58,033 nucleotides of DNA, taken from positions 1 to 58,033 of the IMG/VR virus record IMGVR_UViG_3300032223_002716. The stretch is one strand, 5' to 3'. The notes under the pieces were generated by a model. That model ran no database searches. It worked only from the letters and a program-made list of their open reading frames with translations, and was not told where the DNA came from. A program made the position numbers and the translations under genes. Shown in pieces: positions 17,528-27,075 of the stretch; position 1 is the stretch's first letter, and each line of letters opens with the position of its first letter. Origin of the DNA: a virus. Taxonomy: Duplodnaviria > Caudoviricetes.

Positions 17528-18442
17528 TTAATTCAATTGAGCTAAATAAGTATCAATCACATCTTGAAATCTTGAGTCAATATTGATTCTTAGTGAAGCA
17601 ATTTCACCAATTTCAGTTTGACGTTGTAACTCAAGGTCTTGACTCAACTTACTTAATTCAGCTTGGTATGCTGTGTATTCTTTATGGTATTGGTTGTTTA
17701 ACACTTCGTTAGTTGCGTTAACTTTAGCAAAACCATCTGAATTATGTCTAGCGATACGAGCATTCTCAGCAGTAGTTAAATCCTTAACCTTAGCTTTGAA
17801 GTAATTCACTCGCTGTTCATACTGACGGTGTTTTGCAGCCAATTCATTATGAATAGTTAGCAATTGTTCATTAGTATGATGAACTGTTACCGTTAAAGGT
17901 GTTTTCTTACCTTGCTCAACTTCAATCCACTCTAAAGTTTTGATTGATGGTAATTCTTTTCTAAGATTATCCAATGGACCATTCTTATGAATGAATTGAC
18001 CGATGTGAGCAGCATAAGCTTCAGCTTCAGTGTACTCATTGATTTCGTTTGAAGTCAATTGAGACCAACCAAAATCTTCACCAACCTCATCGATTGGTTC
18101 GAAATGTTCCAATTTAGGTCTAGCTGGAGCAACTACGTCAACGTCAATACCTCTGTAACGAGCTTCTCTGATTAAAATATCTTTTGCTTTGATATTTTCC
18201 ATCAAGAACGCTTGAGTTGCATGCAACTTAGCTTTCTCCAAAAGCAATTCAGTTAAATTACTAGGTACTGGTTTACCAACAGTCTCAATATAAGTTTGCT
18301 CACCTATTTTAAGTTGTTTCTCAACGTTGTTGATACCATTTAACTCAGCAGCAATATCAGTTGCTCTTTGATTACACAAATTTGAAATTGATTGTGCTTG
18401 TGACAAGGATAAACCTTTAGTCGATAACGAATGTTTCTTCAT
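17528..18442 (-). CDS. Long coiled-coil/helical protein of unknown function
   Basis: 304 aa, helical heptad pattern, own TAGATTTG promoter at 18476-18483. Confidence 0.85.
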   Translation of the reverse strand: MKKHSLSTKGLSLSQAQSISNLCNQRATDIAAELNGINNVEKQLKIGEQTYIETVGKPVPSNLTELLLEKAKLHATQAFLMENIKAKDILIREARYRGIDVDVVAPARPKLEHFEPIDEVGEDFGWSQLTSNEINEYTEAEAYAAHIGQFIHKNGPLDNLRKELPSIKTLEWIEVEQGKKTPLTVTVHHTNEQLLTIHNELAAKHRQYEQRVNYFKAKVKDLTTAENARIARHNSDGFAKVNATNEVLNNQYHKEYTAYQAELSKLSQDLELQRQTEIGEIASLRINIDSRFQDVIDTYLAQLN

Positions 18443-18470
18443 ACTTATAAATTTACTTATTAATTTAATT

Positions 18471-18658
18471 TTTTACAAATCTAGTTATTATATTTTAATT
18501 ATGCAACTTTTTTTAAACATTTTTTTCAGATTCTTCTAATTCTTTTAACATTTTAATAAAATCATCAGACTCAATGAATAAATTATGTTCCTCTTCCAAA
18601 TATTCTTCTCTCATTGTTTTACAAATTTAGTTATTATATTTTAATTGTGCAACTATTT
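18471..18658 (-). repeat. ~40-bp direct repeat of a promoter cassette (18471-18510, 18617-18656; third copy 10352-10387)
   Basis: TTTTACAAATyTAGTTATTATATTTTAATTrTGCAAC. Confidence 0.8.
18513..18614 (-). CDS. 33-aa acidic peptide between the duplicated promoters
   Basis: MREEYLEEEHNLFIESDDFIKMLKELEESEKNV. Confidence 0.45.
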   Translation of the reverse strand: MREEYLEEEHNLFIESDDFIKMLKELEESEKNV

Positions 18659-19048
18659 TTAATTATTTTTTACAATTTTATAGTTTTTATTCCTTAACTT
18701 AATGATAACCAGACCTAACCATTTTTTAAATTCTGGAGTCATACCCTCAGATAATTCATTAATAATACGATTATAATCAGTATTTTTATTTCTATATTCA
18801 GAAGTAACTACAAAGTTATTACGTAATTCATTCTGAAAAAAGTTAGACTCAAATGTTATTTTAGCAACATCTTTATCAGTAATATCAAATTCATTTGTAC
18901 CATCAGTAATATTTATCACTGTAAATTCAACAGTATCACCAATCCACATATCATTTAGGTATTTATAATCTCTTGTGTCAACATCGATATAATGTCCATC
19001 GTGATTAATAATCCACCCTTGTTCAGTTTTTTCTAATTTACCTTCCAT
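18659..19048 (-). CDS. Hypothetical protein
   Basis: ORF in operon. Confidence 0.7.
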   Translation of the reverse strand: MEGKLEKTEQGWIINHDGHYIDVDTRDYKYLNDMWIGDTVEFTVINITDGTNEFDITDKDVAKITFESNFFQNELRNNFVVTSEYRNKNTDYNRIINELSEGMTPEFKKWLGLVIIKLRNKNYKIVKNN

Positions 19049-20081
19049 GTATCAAATATTTTAAATCTTTTATTACTTCTGGAATTGTTGTGTACAATTC
19101 CTCATTATAATCTACTTTAGTTAAGTAGTTAGCATTAATCCTAGTACAATCAGTATAGAACTCATGGTCACTAGGTGTTACATCACTAATCATAACTACA
19201 TGTTTACCTAAAGCCCATGCCAACCATGCTAATCCAGATGATACACCAATAAAGAACTCACAATAATATAAATCAACCATTCTACCAATTAAAGAAACGT
19301 CACCAGTTAGATTAACTACATTTTGTAATTTAGTTTCCTCTTTGGATATAACCAATACGTCAAACCCATTATCGTTTAAATAATCTACAATAATTTGCCA
19401 ACCATCTAACCCTTCTTTCCACATTTTTTTATCAGTACTTCCATATTCAGAAATACATACATATTTTTTTGTTCTATTAGGTTTAGGTTCATGTTTAATA
19501 ACTGGAGTTAAATCTGGTCTAATTTCTTTATAGACAATACCTAATATTTCTGATGCAGTTTTTTGTAATGGATTTTCATCACTTATAATCGGTGAGTATT
19601 TAATATTACCATCGTTTTTAGCACCGATATAATATTGCGCATATATGTTATCAATTTGTGTATTTGGTTCAGCAAATAAAATATTAGGATAAGCATCTAC
19701 TAATATTTTGTTATGGAATGTAGAACAAATAACATTGCATTCATGTTTTAATCTAAACTCTTCAACAAATGGTATCCAAGCAATAGTATCGCCTAATGCA
19801 TATGCATCTATTTTAATAAAAACAGTTTTACCTTTTGCATCAAATTTATCAGTAAATAAAACATTATCTTCTGTATCACGAACAATAATAACCCAATCAT
19901 TAAACCATTGTCTACCACCAAATATTAAATCATTTTGTTTATAAGTACCACTATTAACAACCCTACCAAATGAATCTATAAATTGAACTACATATTCTTT
20001 ATTTGCATCATCGTATATTGTAACTTTTGGTGAATCACCTAATAAAGGTAATTTAGATACGTAACTAACTTTAACTTCCAT
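19038..20081 (-). CDS. Autotransporter heptosyltransferase-like (GT9-related) glycosyltransferase
   Basis: ALGDTIAWIP.VEEFRLKH.C.VICST; FFIGVSSGLAWLAWALGKHVVMIS. Confidence 0.8.
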   Translation of the reverse strand: MEVKVSYVSKLPLLGDSPKVTIYDDANKEYVVQFIDSFGRVVNSGTYKQNDLIFGGRQWFNDWVIIVRDTEDNVLFTDKFDAKGKTVFIKIDAYALGDTIAWIPFVEEFRLKHECNVICSTFHNKILVDAYPNILFAEPNTQIDNIYAQYYIGAKNDGNIKYSPIISDENPLQKTASEILGIVYKEIRPDLTPVIKHEPKPNRTKKYVCISEYGSTDKKMWKEGLDGWQIIVDYLNDNGFDVLVISKEETKLQNVVNLTGDVSLIGRMVDLYYCEFFIGVSSGLAWLAWALGKHVVMISDVTPSDHEFYTDCTRINANYLTKVDYNEELYTTIPEVIKDLKYLIHGR

Positions 20082-20083
20082 AA

Positions 20084-20536
20084 TTATACTGTATGTTCAA
20101 TGTTTACTCTTATACATGTTTGAGGTTGAGCCTCATTCATTAAGAAATTATTAATATAACCCATCATATTTCCAGAACCAATTGGGTTAGCAGAATGCAC
20201 CACCACTTCTGGGAACTTTATAGGGTAATTCTTCTTATCTAAGCGATTCATATTTACTCTCTTAGGGTTTGTATCGTAGAAGTGATTGATAATCCATTTG
20301 ACGCAGTCTAATCCAGTCTTTTCAGTAATATTATCATAATTCAATTCATAGTTTGGTGAAACATTTCTAAAATACTCAGTCATAGCTGTATCACCTAAAT
20401 CGTGGTCCAATGAAATTAAATTAATATTGGATAAACCCAATTCTAAAACTTTTTTTACGAACTCATCATAGTTTCTAACTATAATCCAATCATTAGCGAC
20501 TGGTGTTCTCACATCATCTAAATAAATCTTATTCAT
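20084..20536 (-). CDS. Cyclic-phosphate-processing receiver-like domain protein
   Basis: IYLDDVRTP, ISLDHDLG, TGLDC, VHSANPIG. Confidence 0.8.
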   Translation of the reverse strand: MNKIYLDDVRTPVANDWIIVRNYDEFVKKVLELGLSNINLISLDHDLGDTAMTEYFRNVSPNYELNYDNITEKTGLDCVKWIINHFYDTNPKRVNMNRLDKKNYPIKFPEVVVHSANPIGSGNMMGYINNFLMNEAQPQTCIRVNIEHTV

Positions 20537-20541
20537 ACTTT

Positions 20542-20892
20542 TTAATATTTATAAACTGCAACGTTTATTTCTTTTTTATTCGCTAAATCAATCATATGTT
20601 GCGTACCTTTTGATTCACCATCATGAAACGCTATAAGTAAATCAGCATAATCAGCCATTTGACCATTTCTAATATAACCAGCGGCCTTACCATGTTCATC
20701 CCAGTTAGCTGGAAACTCTTTAATTTTATAACCCCTATCATTAGCATATCTTTCACCTAATTTATCAGCACCTCTTGCAGTTCCACTAACAATTTCTACT
20801 TCTTCCTCTGGCTCACCAATTACGTAATCACAGAATTTACATAGGACTTCATAATCGTTGAATCCTCTACTACCAGCAATAATCACTTTCAT
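20542..20892 (-). CDS. SLOG/YspA-like (DUF2493) protein
   Basis: IIAGSRGF, VSGTARGAD, AGYIRNGQMA, SKGTQHMI. Confidence 0.85.
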   Translation of the reverse strand: MKVIIAGSRGFNDYEVLCKFCDYVIGEPEEEVEIVSGTARGADKLGERYANDRGYKIKEFPANWDEHGKAAGYIRNGQMADYADLLIAFHDGESKGTQHMIDLANKKEINVAVYKY

Positions 20893-20991
20893 ATTTAAAT
20901 TCTTTTTTACAAATATAGTATATATTTAAATTAAAAACTATTTATTAGTATAATAATTAATAAAAAAAAATATTTTTAAACAACAAGTAAA

Positions 20992-21606
20992 ATGAGTTTA
21001 ATTAAATTACAAGAAAAGATTGGTGCAACACCTGATGGTTCATTCGGACCAGATACTTTAAAAAAGGCTATGGCTTATTTTAAAATGACACCAGAAAGAG
21101 CAGCACATTTTTTTGGTCAAACAGCGCACGAAACTGGTGGTTACGCAGCGTTCAGTGAAAACCTTAATTACGGTGCTAAAGGTTTATTAAATACTTTTGA
21201 TAAGTATTTTAACGCAACAACTGCTGAGCAATATGCTAGACAACCAATTAAAATCGCATCAAAAGTTTATGCTGATAGAATGGGTAATGGTAACGAAGCA
21301 TCTCAAGAAGGTTGGTTATTTCGTGGAAGAGGTGCGTTACAAACTACTGGAAAAGGAAATTATAAAGCTTTCTCAGAACATTTGGGTAAACCAGAGATTT
21401 TAACTAATCCAGATTTGGTAGCAACTGACTTTTCATTTGAGTCCGCAATATTCTTCTTTGATAAGAATAAATTATGGGATATCGCTGATAAAGGAGTTAA
21501 TGATGCGGCAATATTAGCAATAACTAAAAAAATAAATGGGGGTACTAATGGTTTAGATGATAGAAGTTCATTGACCAAAAGATATTACTCATGGTTAAAA
21601 AAATAA
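20992..21606 (+). CDS. GH19 endolysin with N-terminal peptidoglycan-binding segment
   Basis: LQEKIGATPDGSFGPDT; QTAHETGG; FRGRGALQTTGK; INGGTNGLDDR. Confidence 0.9.
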   Translation: MSLIKLQEKIGATPDGSFGPDTLKKAMAYFKMTPERAAHFFGQTAHETGGYAAFSENLNYGAKGLLNTFDKYFNATTAEQYARQPIKIASKVYADRMGNGNEASQEGWLFRGRGALQTTGKGNYKAFSEHLGKPEILTNPDLVATDFSFESAIFFFDKNKLWDIADKGVNDAAILAITKKINGGTNGLDDRSSLTKRYYSWLKK

Positions 21607-21611
21607 ATTTT

Positions 21612-22208
21612 ATGTATACAAAAGAACAAATTGAAGCGGCTGTAAAAGCTAAAGGTTATGTATGGTTTAATGACGATGCAAACAAAACTTACGATGTTAA
21701 CATTGTTGGTGTTAGAAATTCATCTACTGGTAATAAAGTTACTAATGTATTTGATGATATGATTACAATATCATATAAAGATGAAACTGGTAACTGGGTT
21801 TTTAAAGAATGGATGAATACAACTGAACCTGGTAAAAAAGGTGTTATGGAATATCATAATGCTAATGGTGTGGCTAGATTAGTCGAAGGTCAATATAGAG
21901 GTTCACATACATTAGGTCTTCACCAAGGTAAATATGAAGCATTAAAACAAGCTAAACCAGTTAAGGTTTATCGTGATGCTAATAAAGATTTAGTATTTGA
22001 TGAAACAAAAATTGAAGAAGGTGTTTTTGGTATCAATATCCATAAAGCTGGACAAGATTCAACATGGGTTGAAAACTGGTCGGAAGGATGTCAAGTATTC
22101 AAAAGAGTAAAAGACTTTGATGAATTTATGAAGATTGTAAAAAAAGCAGCAAAAATTCATGGTAATTCATTTACTTACACACTTATCGAATCAAATGATA
22201 TTAAATAA
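21612..22208 (+). CDS. YkuD/L,D-transpeptidase-like peptidoglycan enzyme
   Basis: GINIHKAG...WSEGCQV His/Cys motif; adjacent to endolysin. Confidence 0.6.
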   Translation: MYTKEQIEAAVKAKGYVWFNDDANKTYDVNIVGVRNSSTGNKVTNVFDDMITISYKDETGNWVFKEWMNTTEPGKKGVMEYHNANGVARLVEGQYRGSHTLGLHQGKYEALKQAKPVKVYRDANKDLVFDETKIEEGVFGINIHKAGQDSTWVENWSEGCQVFKRVKDFDEFMKIVKKAAKIHGNSFTYTLIESNDIK

Positions 22209-22210
22209 TT

Positions 22211-22234
22211 AAAGCCCTCAATGAGGGCTTTTTT
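22211..22234. terminator. Intrinsic terminator
   Basis: AAAGCCCTCA-A-TGAGGGCTTTTTT. Confidence 0.8.
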
Positions 22235-22235
22235 A

Positions 22236-22754
22236 TTATCTTTCTATTCCTAGTTCAGCTAATGTAACTGGAGTATAATTTACTTGTTCACAAGATACAC
22301 AATGATATTTATCATGAGGTACTTCAAATATAATATCATCTATCCACGTAGTATCCATTACTTTATGTTCATGGATATGACCATGTATATTTCTAGGTAC
22401 CCTATATTCTAATTCAACTTCATGTACTGGACAATGTGTTAACCAGATACCTTTATAATTAACCATACCAGCTACATTTTGAACATATTTCATTAGTTCT
22501 GGAATATCTGATGGTCTATCATGGTTACCTAATACAACTTTCTTCATACCATTTAAGTGACTAAGTAATTGGTATGGTTTACTAGATTCCATAGTTACAT
22601 CACCTAATATCCATGTTAAATCACGTTTATTTACCACACTATTCCAACATTGTATAATATGGTTATCATGGTCTTCAACAGTATTAAACCCTCGTTTAAT
22701 TGCCATATTAACATGACCAAGATGTAAGTCTGCTATAAATCTAACAACTGACAT
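22236..22754 (-). CDS. Calcineurin-like metallophosphoesterase
   Basis: DLHLGH, LGDV, GNHD, THCP, HGHIH. Confidence 0.9.
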   Translation of the reverse strand: MSVVRFIADLHLGHVNMAIKRGFNTVEDHDNHIIQCWNSVVNKRDLTWILGDVTMESSKPYQLLSHLNGMKKVVLGNHDRPSDIPELMKYVQNVAGMVNYKGIWLTHCPVHEVELEYRVPRNIHGHIHEHKVMDTTWIDDIIFEVPHDKYHCVSCEQVNYTPVTLAELGIER

Positions 22755-22756
22755 AA

Positions 22757-23224
22757 CTATTTTTTATTAATTGTTTTTAATATTTTACTTTGTATATCCA
22801 AGTAAGCGGAAATCATTCCATAGTAATAGTTAGGGTCGTTAGATTTTTCAGCTAACAATCTTTTATTTTTTACTTCCTCTTGTAAGAAATCAAATAACTT
22901 AAACAATTCATCATATTGATTTATATTGTTAACAAGATTTGTAAATATTGTATTATTACCAGTAATAGTTTCAGTTACTCTAACATTCTTTTTAGGGTTT
23001 GGCACCATCTTATTACCATTAATACAACCACATATACCAGAACCACCATTCATTGGATTACAAGAGCAGATAGAGCCATATTTGACCTCATCAGGTTCAG
23101 TATTAAACACTGTATCTAAACTACCATAGTATTTTTTAGCAAAGTCGGTATATTCCGATAATGTTGGTCCATTATTTTTTTTAATTGGTGAATCTTTACC
23201 CATATTTATTCTATGCTTGTTCAT
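22757..23224 (-). CDS. Hypothetical protein with Cys cluster
   Basis: CSCNPMNGGSGICGC. Confidence 0.65.
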   Translation of the reverse strand: MNKHRINMGKDSPIKKNNGPTLSEYTDFAKKYYGSLDTVFNTEPDEVKYGSICSCNPMNGGSGICGCINGNKMVPNPKKNVRVTETITGNNTIFTNLVNNINQYDELFKLFDFLQEEVKNKRLLAEKSNDPNYYYGMISAYLDIQSKILKTINKK

Positions 23225-23498
23225 CTTCTTTAATTTTTTTATATAATTTGTACTCACTATTCTGAGTCTTAAAGTGTACGAAACCATCTTCATTAGTAAT
23301 GATTTCAGTAACAACAGTAGTTTGCCACGTAAAAAACACGTTAAATGGTGACATAACTAACGAGTAACCTATTTCTGGTTCATCATGTCTTTTATTACCT
23401 CGACCATTTTCATCAAATTCAATCCACGTTACATCTGTAGACTTATTAGTTAAACCATCATTGATTCTAACCAATTCATAATATTCATTTTTCTCCAT
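23211..23498 (-). CDS. Hypothetical protein
   Basis: WQTT.VTEI..FKTQNSEY. Confidence 0.7.
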   Translation of the reverse strand: MEKNEYYELVRINDGLTNKSTDVTWIEFDENGRGNKRHDEPEIGYSLVMSPFNVFFTWQTTVVTEIITNEDGFVHFKTQNSEYKLYKKIKEDEQA

Positions 23499-23814
23499 AG
23501 TCTATGTATTTACTAAATAAATTATATCTCTGTATTTTTAGCTGGCTATCAGGTCTAGTATCATAATTAGATTCAAATGTATAATAACCATATAAATCAT
23601 CTTCAAAATGAGAATACTCAATAGTAGTAAACCCTAAATACTTATCACCATTTGATTCGTGTTCAGTTTCACCTACTTTAATAGAGTAATAATCCTCTAA
23701 GATTAATTTATCAGCACTCTCTCTAGTATTGGTAACATATAATACGTTACCATCTTCATTATCGGTAATTACCCAAACCCATGTAAGTTTATCATTCATA
23801 TCTAATAATTTCAA
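23485..23814 (-). CDS. Hypothetical protein
   Basis: ORF in operon. Confidence 0.6.
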   Translation of the reverse strand: MKLLDMNDKLTWVWVITDNEDGNVLYVTNTRESADKLILEDYYSIKVGETEHESNGDKYLGFTTIEYSHFEDDLYGYYTFESNYDTRPDSQLKIQRYNLFSKYIDYGEK

Positions 23815-24187
23815 ATTTATTTTTACACTTCTTTTTTAACTCTTCAACATAATTAATACATTCTTCATCAGTATCAAATTTATTATAAACCTCGCTACCA
23901 CTCTTTAATGTGATAACTATTCGTGCTTTACTATATAAGTTATTACCTTTAACAATGTAATTCACATGTGGTGATGTTAATTTATCCTTAGAATAACTTA
24001 ATATTGCTCTATCACCATTATAATATACTTTATACCATCCAGCTGGTAATACTTCAGTTCGTTTGATTAAACCAAAGAATTTTTTAATATGTTTGATTTC
24101 TTCATCAAACCATAAGTAATAATCATCTAATTCACTAGGGTATAATTTAATATACTCTATAGACTCTACGTTAAAATGTGTTTCCAT
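23792..24187 (-). CDS. Hypothetical protein
   Basis: ORF in operon. Confidence 0.65.
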   Translation of the reverse strand: METHFNVESIEYIKLYPSELDDYYLWFDEEIKHIKKFFGLIKRTEVLPAGWYKVYYNGDRAILSYSKDKLTSPHVNYIVKGNNLYSKARIVITLKSGSEVYNKFDTDEECINYVEELKKKCKNKFEIIRYE

Positions 24188-24188
24188 A

Positions 24189-24401
24189 TTATTCTAATTC
24201 TAAATCTGTTGCTTCAATACATCTATCACAATCAGTTGCTTCTATTTTATAGCAAGGTTGATTATCTTTTGTAAATGTATCCAAAATTAATACTCTATTA
24301 TCATATAACTTATATTTTGTTATATCACCTTTTTCATATCTAAATTTACTAGTACATGATAATAACACCAAAGTTAGTAAACTAATTCCAATATACTTCA
24401 T
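24189..24401 (-). CDS. Small lipoprotein
   Basis: Lipobox LLSC. Confidence 0.65.
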   Translation of the reverse strand: MKYIGISLLTLVLLSCTSKFRYEKGDITKYKLYDNRVLILDTFTKDNQPCYKIEATDCDRCIEATDLELE

Positions 24402-24403
24402 TT

Positions 24404-24889
24404 TTATCTATTTATTTTATTAACAATTACATTAATTAATTCATCTAATGTATCAACTGTTTGTATTCCATATTTCTCACATACAATATCAACATTACCT
24501 TTTCTCCAGAATCCTTCAGGACAACATACAATTAGTTTACCAGATGCAGCATATAATCCTAATTCCAATAATGATATTGGTGACTTAGTTTCTGGAGAGA
24601 AATACATCAGAATATAATCAGCTTTATCTAACCCATTTAATTCCCAGTTCACTTGTTGGTAGAACTGTGGTGATTCAATCGATTGTGTCCAACTATTATC
24701 CCATTCTTCACGTCTAGGATTAATAATAGTAATAGATACATGACCATGGATTCTTTGTTCCAACTCTAAACTAACTTTTGTTTGCCAATCTTCAGCTACA
24801 CCCATCTCAATACTACCAGCTAGGAATATCTTTATAGTGTCGGTAAGGTTACTTAACGCTTGTGGCGGTTTTATTTCATTATATCTCAT
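24404..24889 (-). CDS. Nucleoside 2-deoxyribosyltransferase-like protein
   Basis: IFLAGSI, NPRR, QVNWEL, SPISLLELGL. Confidence 0.85.
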   Translation of the reverse strand: MRYNEIKPPQALSNLTDTIKIFLAGSIEMGVAEDWQTKVSLELEQRIHGHVSITIINPRREEWDNSWTQSIESPQFYQQVNWELNGLDKADYILMYFSPETKSPISLLELGLYAASGKLIVCCPEGFWRKGNVDIVCEKYGIQTVDTLDELINVIVNKINR

Positions 24890-24944
24890 ATTTTATATTA
24901 TTTTTACAAATATAGTCACTTTATAGATAAAACGCAACAGTTAG

Positions 24945-25046
24945 TTATCTATATCTATTAGAAAATTCATAATAATCATCATCAGGTAAAGTATCAACAA
25001 TATGTCTCTTAACCCATTCTATAAACCAATTTCTTATTCTTTTCAT
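24945..25046 (-). CDS. 33-aa peptide (not in ORF track)
   Basis: MKRIRNWFIEWVKRHIVDTLPDDDYYEFSNRYR behind promoter at 25060-25067. Confidence 0.45.
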   Translation of the reverse strand: MKRIRNWFIEWVKRHIVDTLPDDDYYEFSNRYR

Positions 25047-25076
25047 ACTTTTTTTTTCACAAATATATTAAATTAG

Positions 25077-25107
25077 TTTGCATAAACCAATTTTATACTT
25101 ATATTTG
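25077..25107 (+). promoter_or_regulatory. Bacteroidota primary-sigma-type promoter (representative copy)
   Basis: TTTG-19 nt-TATATTTG; related TAnnTTTG at + 27886, 29991, 32107, 38221 and - 4630, 8942, 10357, 12959, 16388, 18476, 18622, 20910, 24907, 25060, 38164. Confidence 0.8.
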
Positions 25108-25123
25108 CAAAAAACAAAAAATT

Positions 25124-26272
25124 ATGGATAAAGAAAATTTTGATTACAAAGTATTATTTGAAGAAAAATCTTCAGCTGTTGAACGATTATTTGAGGTATA
25201 TCGTAATAATCCTTATAACGCTAGAGTAATATACATGAATAACGCTAAAGATATGTATTCATATATGAAGGTAGTTTTATTTACCGAAGGAGAAACATTT
25301 AATATTGTATTATTTAAAAAAACGTTTGGTATATCTAAAACCAATAGAATCTACAATAGTGAGCGTAGAATGGCTAATATCAGCTATAAGAATGGTAAAT
25401 TTTATTTAATATTTAATCGTGGTGTTAAACCATTAACATTATTTAATTTACGTTCAGCTTTTGGTATGTATTCTTCACATGTGATTGATTATTTGCGAGA
25501 AAAATTCACATGGTTAAGGTATGTAGTAGAGAAAGATATATTAACTAGTATAGCATTCAATACCATAGTTAGTAAGAAATTGTATTCATATAAGAAAGCA
25601 ATCTTACATACGTATAACGTACCGTACCCAGTTGGTAGTGCAATCCATGAAGTGAATGGAGAAACATACAACCATGATGTTCAAATGTTTATAAATCATT
25701 TTAAAAAGAATTTAGAATACCTTGAGAATATAACATCTTTTGATATCAGCCTTATTAAAGATAATACTATGTTATTTACAGATACTGTTAAAATGGCTAG
25801 AGTTTTAAATAAAAAGGTAAACTGTAAATGGAAGTTAAAACGTCTAAAGGAAATGCATGATTTATGGTCAGAAGAAATTACTGATATTACTTATATGGAT
25901 GCTGATAGAGAAATGGTTATCCATCCAATATTCCGTAAGTTTTCTGAATTTGCTAATTTCACTATATTAACTACAACTAAGGAGATGTGTATTGAAGGTA
26001 AAAAGAATAAACATTGTGTCGCAACTTATGTTAATAGAGTAGAATCACATACATGTGCTATTTACCATATTGATGGTTATACTTTAGAAGTTAGAAAAGA
26101 CTGGGGTGATAAAGGATTAGTTTATGGTCAATTTAGAGGTTACGATAATTGTAGTGCACCAGTTGGTTTAGATGAGATGGTAAGAAAATACATTAACGAG
26201 TTCAATGTTAAAGTACTTGGTATGTCGGAAGAAGAACTATATAATGAACAAGTGACTAATAACCCATTTTAA
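25124..26272 (+). CDS. PcfJ-like domain protein
   Basis: HDLWS, EGKKNKHCVATY, TLEV, QFRGYDN. Confidence 0.8.
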   Translation: MDKENFDYKVLFEEKSSAVERLFEVYRNNPYNARVIYMNNAKDMYSYMKVVLFTEGETFNIVLFKKTFGISKTNRIYNSERRMANISYKNGKFYLIFNRGVKPLTLFNLRSAFGMYSSHVIDYLREKFTWLRYVVEKDILTSIAFNTIVSKKLYSYKKAILHTYNVPYPVGSAIHEVNGETYNHDVQMFINHFKKNLEYLENITSFDISLIKDNTMLFTDTVKMARVLNKKVNCKWKLKRLKEMHDLWSEEITDITYMDADREMVIHPIFRKFSEFANFTILTTTKEMCIEGKKNKHCVATYVNRVESHTCAIYHIDGYTLEVRKDWGDKGLVYGQFRGYDNCSAPVGLDEMVRKYINEFNVKVLGMSEEELYNEQVTNNPF

Positions 26273-26283
26273 TAAATAAAAAT

Positions 26284-26676
26284 ATGAGTGAAAGACCAAA
26301 AAGAGGAATATGCGTTGATGGTGGAACTGAGGGTAATCCAGGTCCATGTTTCTATCGTGGAGTTAATTTAGAATCAGGTGAAATAATATTTGAAGAACAT
26401 TTAGGTATGGGTACAAATAATGTTGCTGAGTTCTTAGCTGCGGTACACGCAGTACATTACATTAGGAAAAATAAGTTAAAGGATATGCCAGTATATTCTG
26501 ATAGTGTTACAGCAATCGCATGGGTGCGAAATAAGCAACATAAATCAACATTTAATGGTGATGTATCAGAAAGAATGGATAAGGCTTGTGAGTACCTTAA
26601 AAATAAGGATGTAACCATTAATAAATGGTTAACAAAAGAATGGGGTGAAATACCAGCTGATTTTGGAAGGAAATAA
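26284..26676 (+). CDS. rnhA: Ribonuclease HI (Bacteroidetes/Bacillus-halodurans type)
   Basis: CVDGG..GNPG, GTNNVAEFLA, YSDS.TAIAWV, WGEIPADFGRK. Confidence 0.9.
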   Translation: MSERPKRGICVDGGTEGNPGPCFYRGVNLESGEIIFEEHLGMGTNNVAEFLAAVHAVHYIRKNKLKDMPVYSDSVTAIAWVRNKQHKSTFNGDVSERMDKACEYLKNKDVTINKWLTKEWGEIPADFGRK

Positions 26677-27075
26677 TTAAGCAGTGTATATTTCTGGATT
26701 CTGTCTACCAAATATACGAATCAATTCACCAGCTTTAGCGTTGGCTTCATTTTCCCAAGGTGAGCCATCGCTTCCTTCATTTTTCATACCATCTAATTCA
26801 CCACGTTGATTTTGTAGGTGATGAACTAATTCATGAGCAATTGACCTTAATATATCAACCAATGCTCGATTCTTAATATAGATAGCAACAGTATTCTCTA
26901 CATGATTATATACCGCTGTAGTTCTGATACCTTCTTTATTTGTAGTTAGTGTTAATTTAAATGGTCTAGTTAACCCTAGATTATCTTTTACGAAATCAAG
27001 AAACTTTTCAATAATAACCCTTTTAGGCATCATTTCAATTTGTTCTCTTAATAATTGTTTAATGTTATTTTCCAT
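26677..27075 (-). CDS. Zincin-like metallopeptidase with IKQLLRE leader
   Basis: AHELVHHLQ (HExxH), ENEANA. Confidence 0.75.
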   Translation of the reverse strand: MENNIKQLLREQIEMMPKRVIIEKFLDFVKDNLGLTRPFKLTLTTNKEGIRTTAVYNHVENTVAIYIKNRALVDILRSIAHELVHHLQNQRGELDGMKNEGSDGSPWENEANAKAGELIRIFGRQNPEIYTA

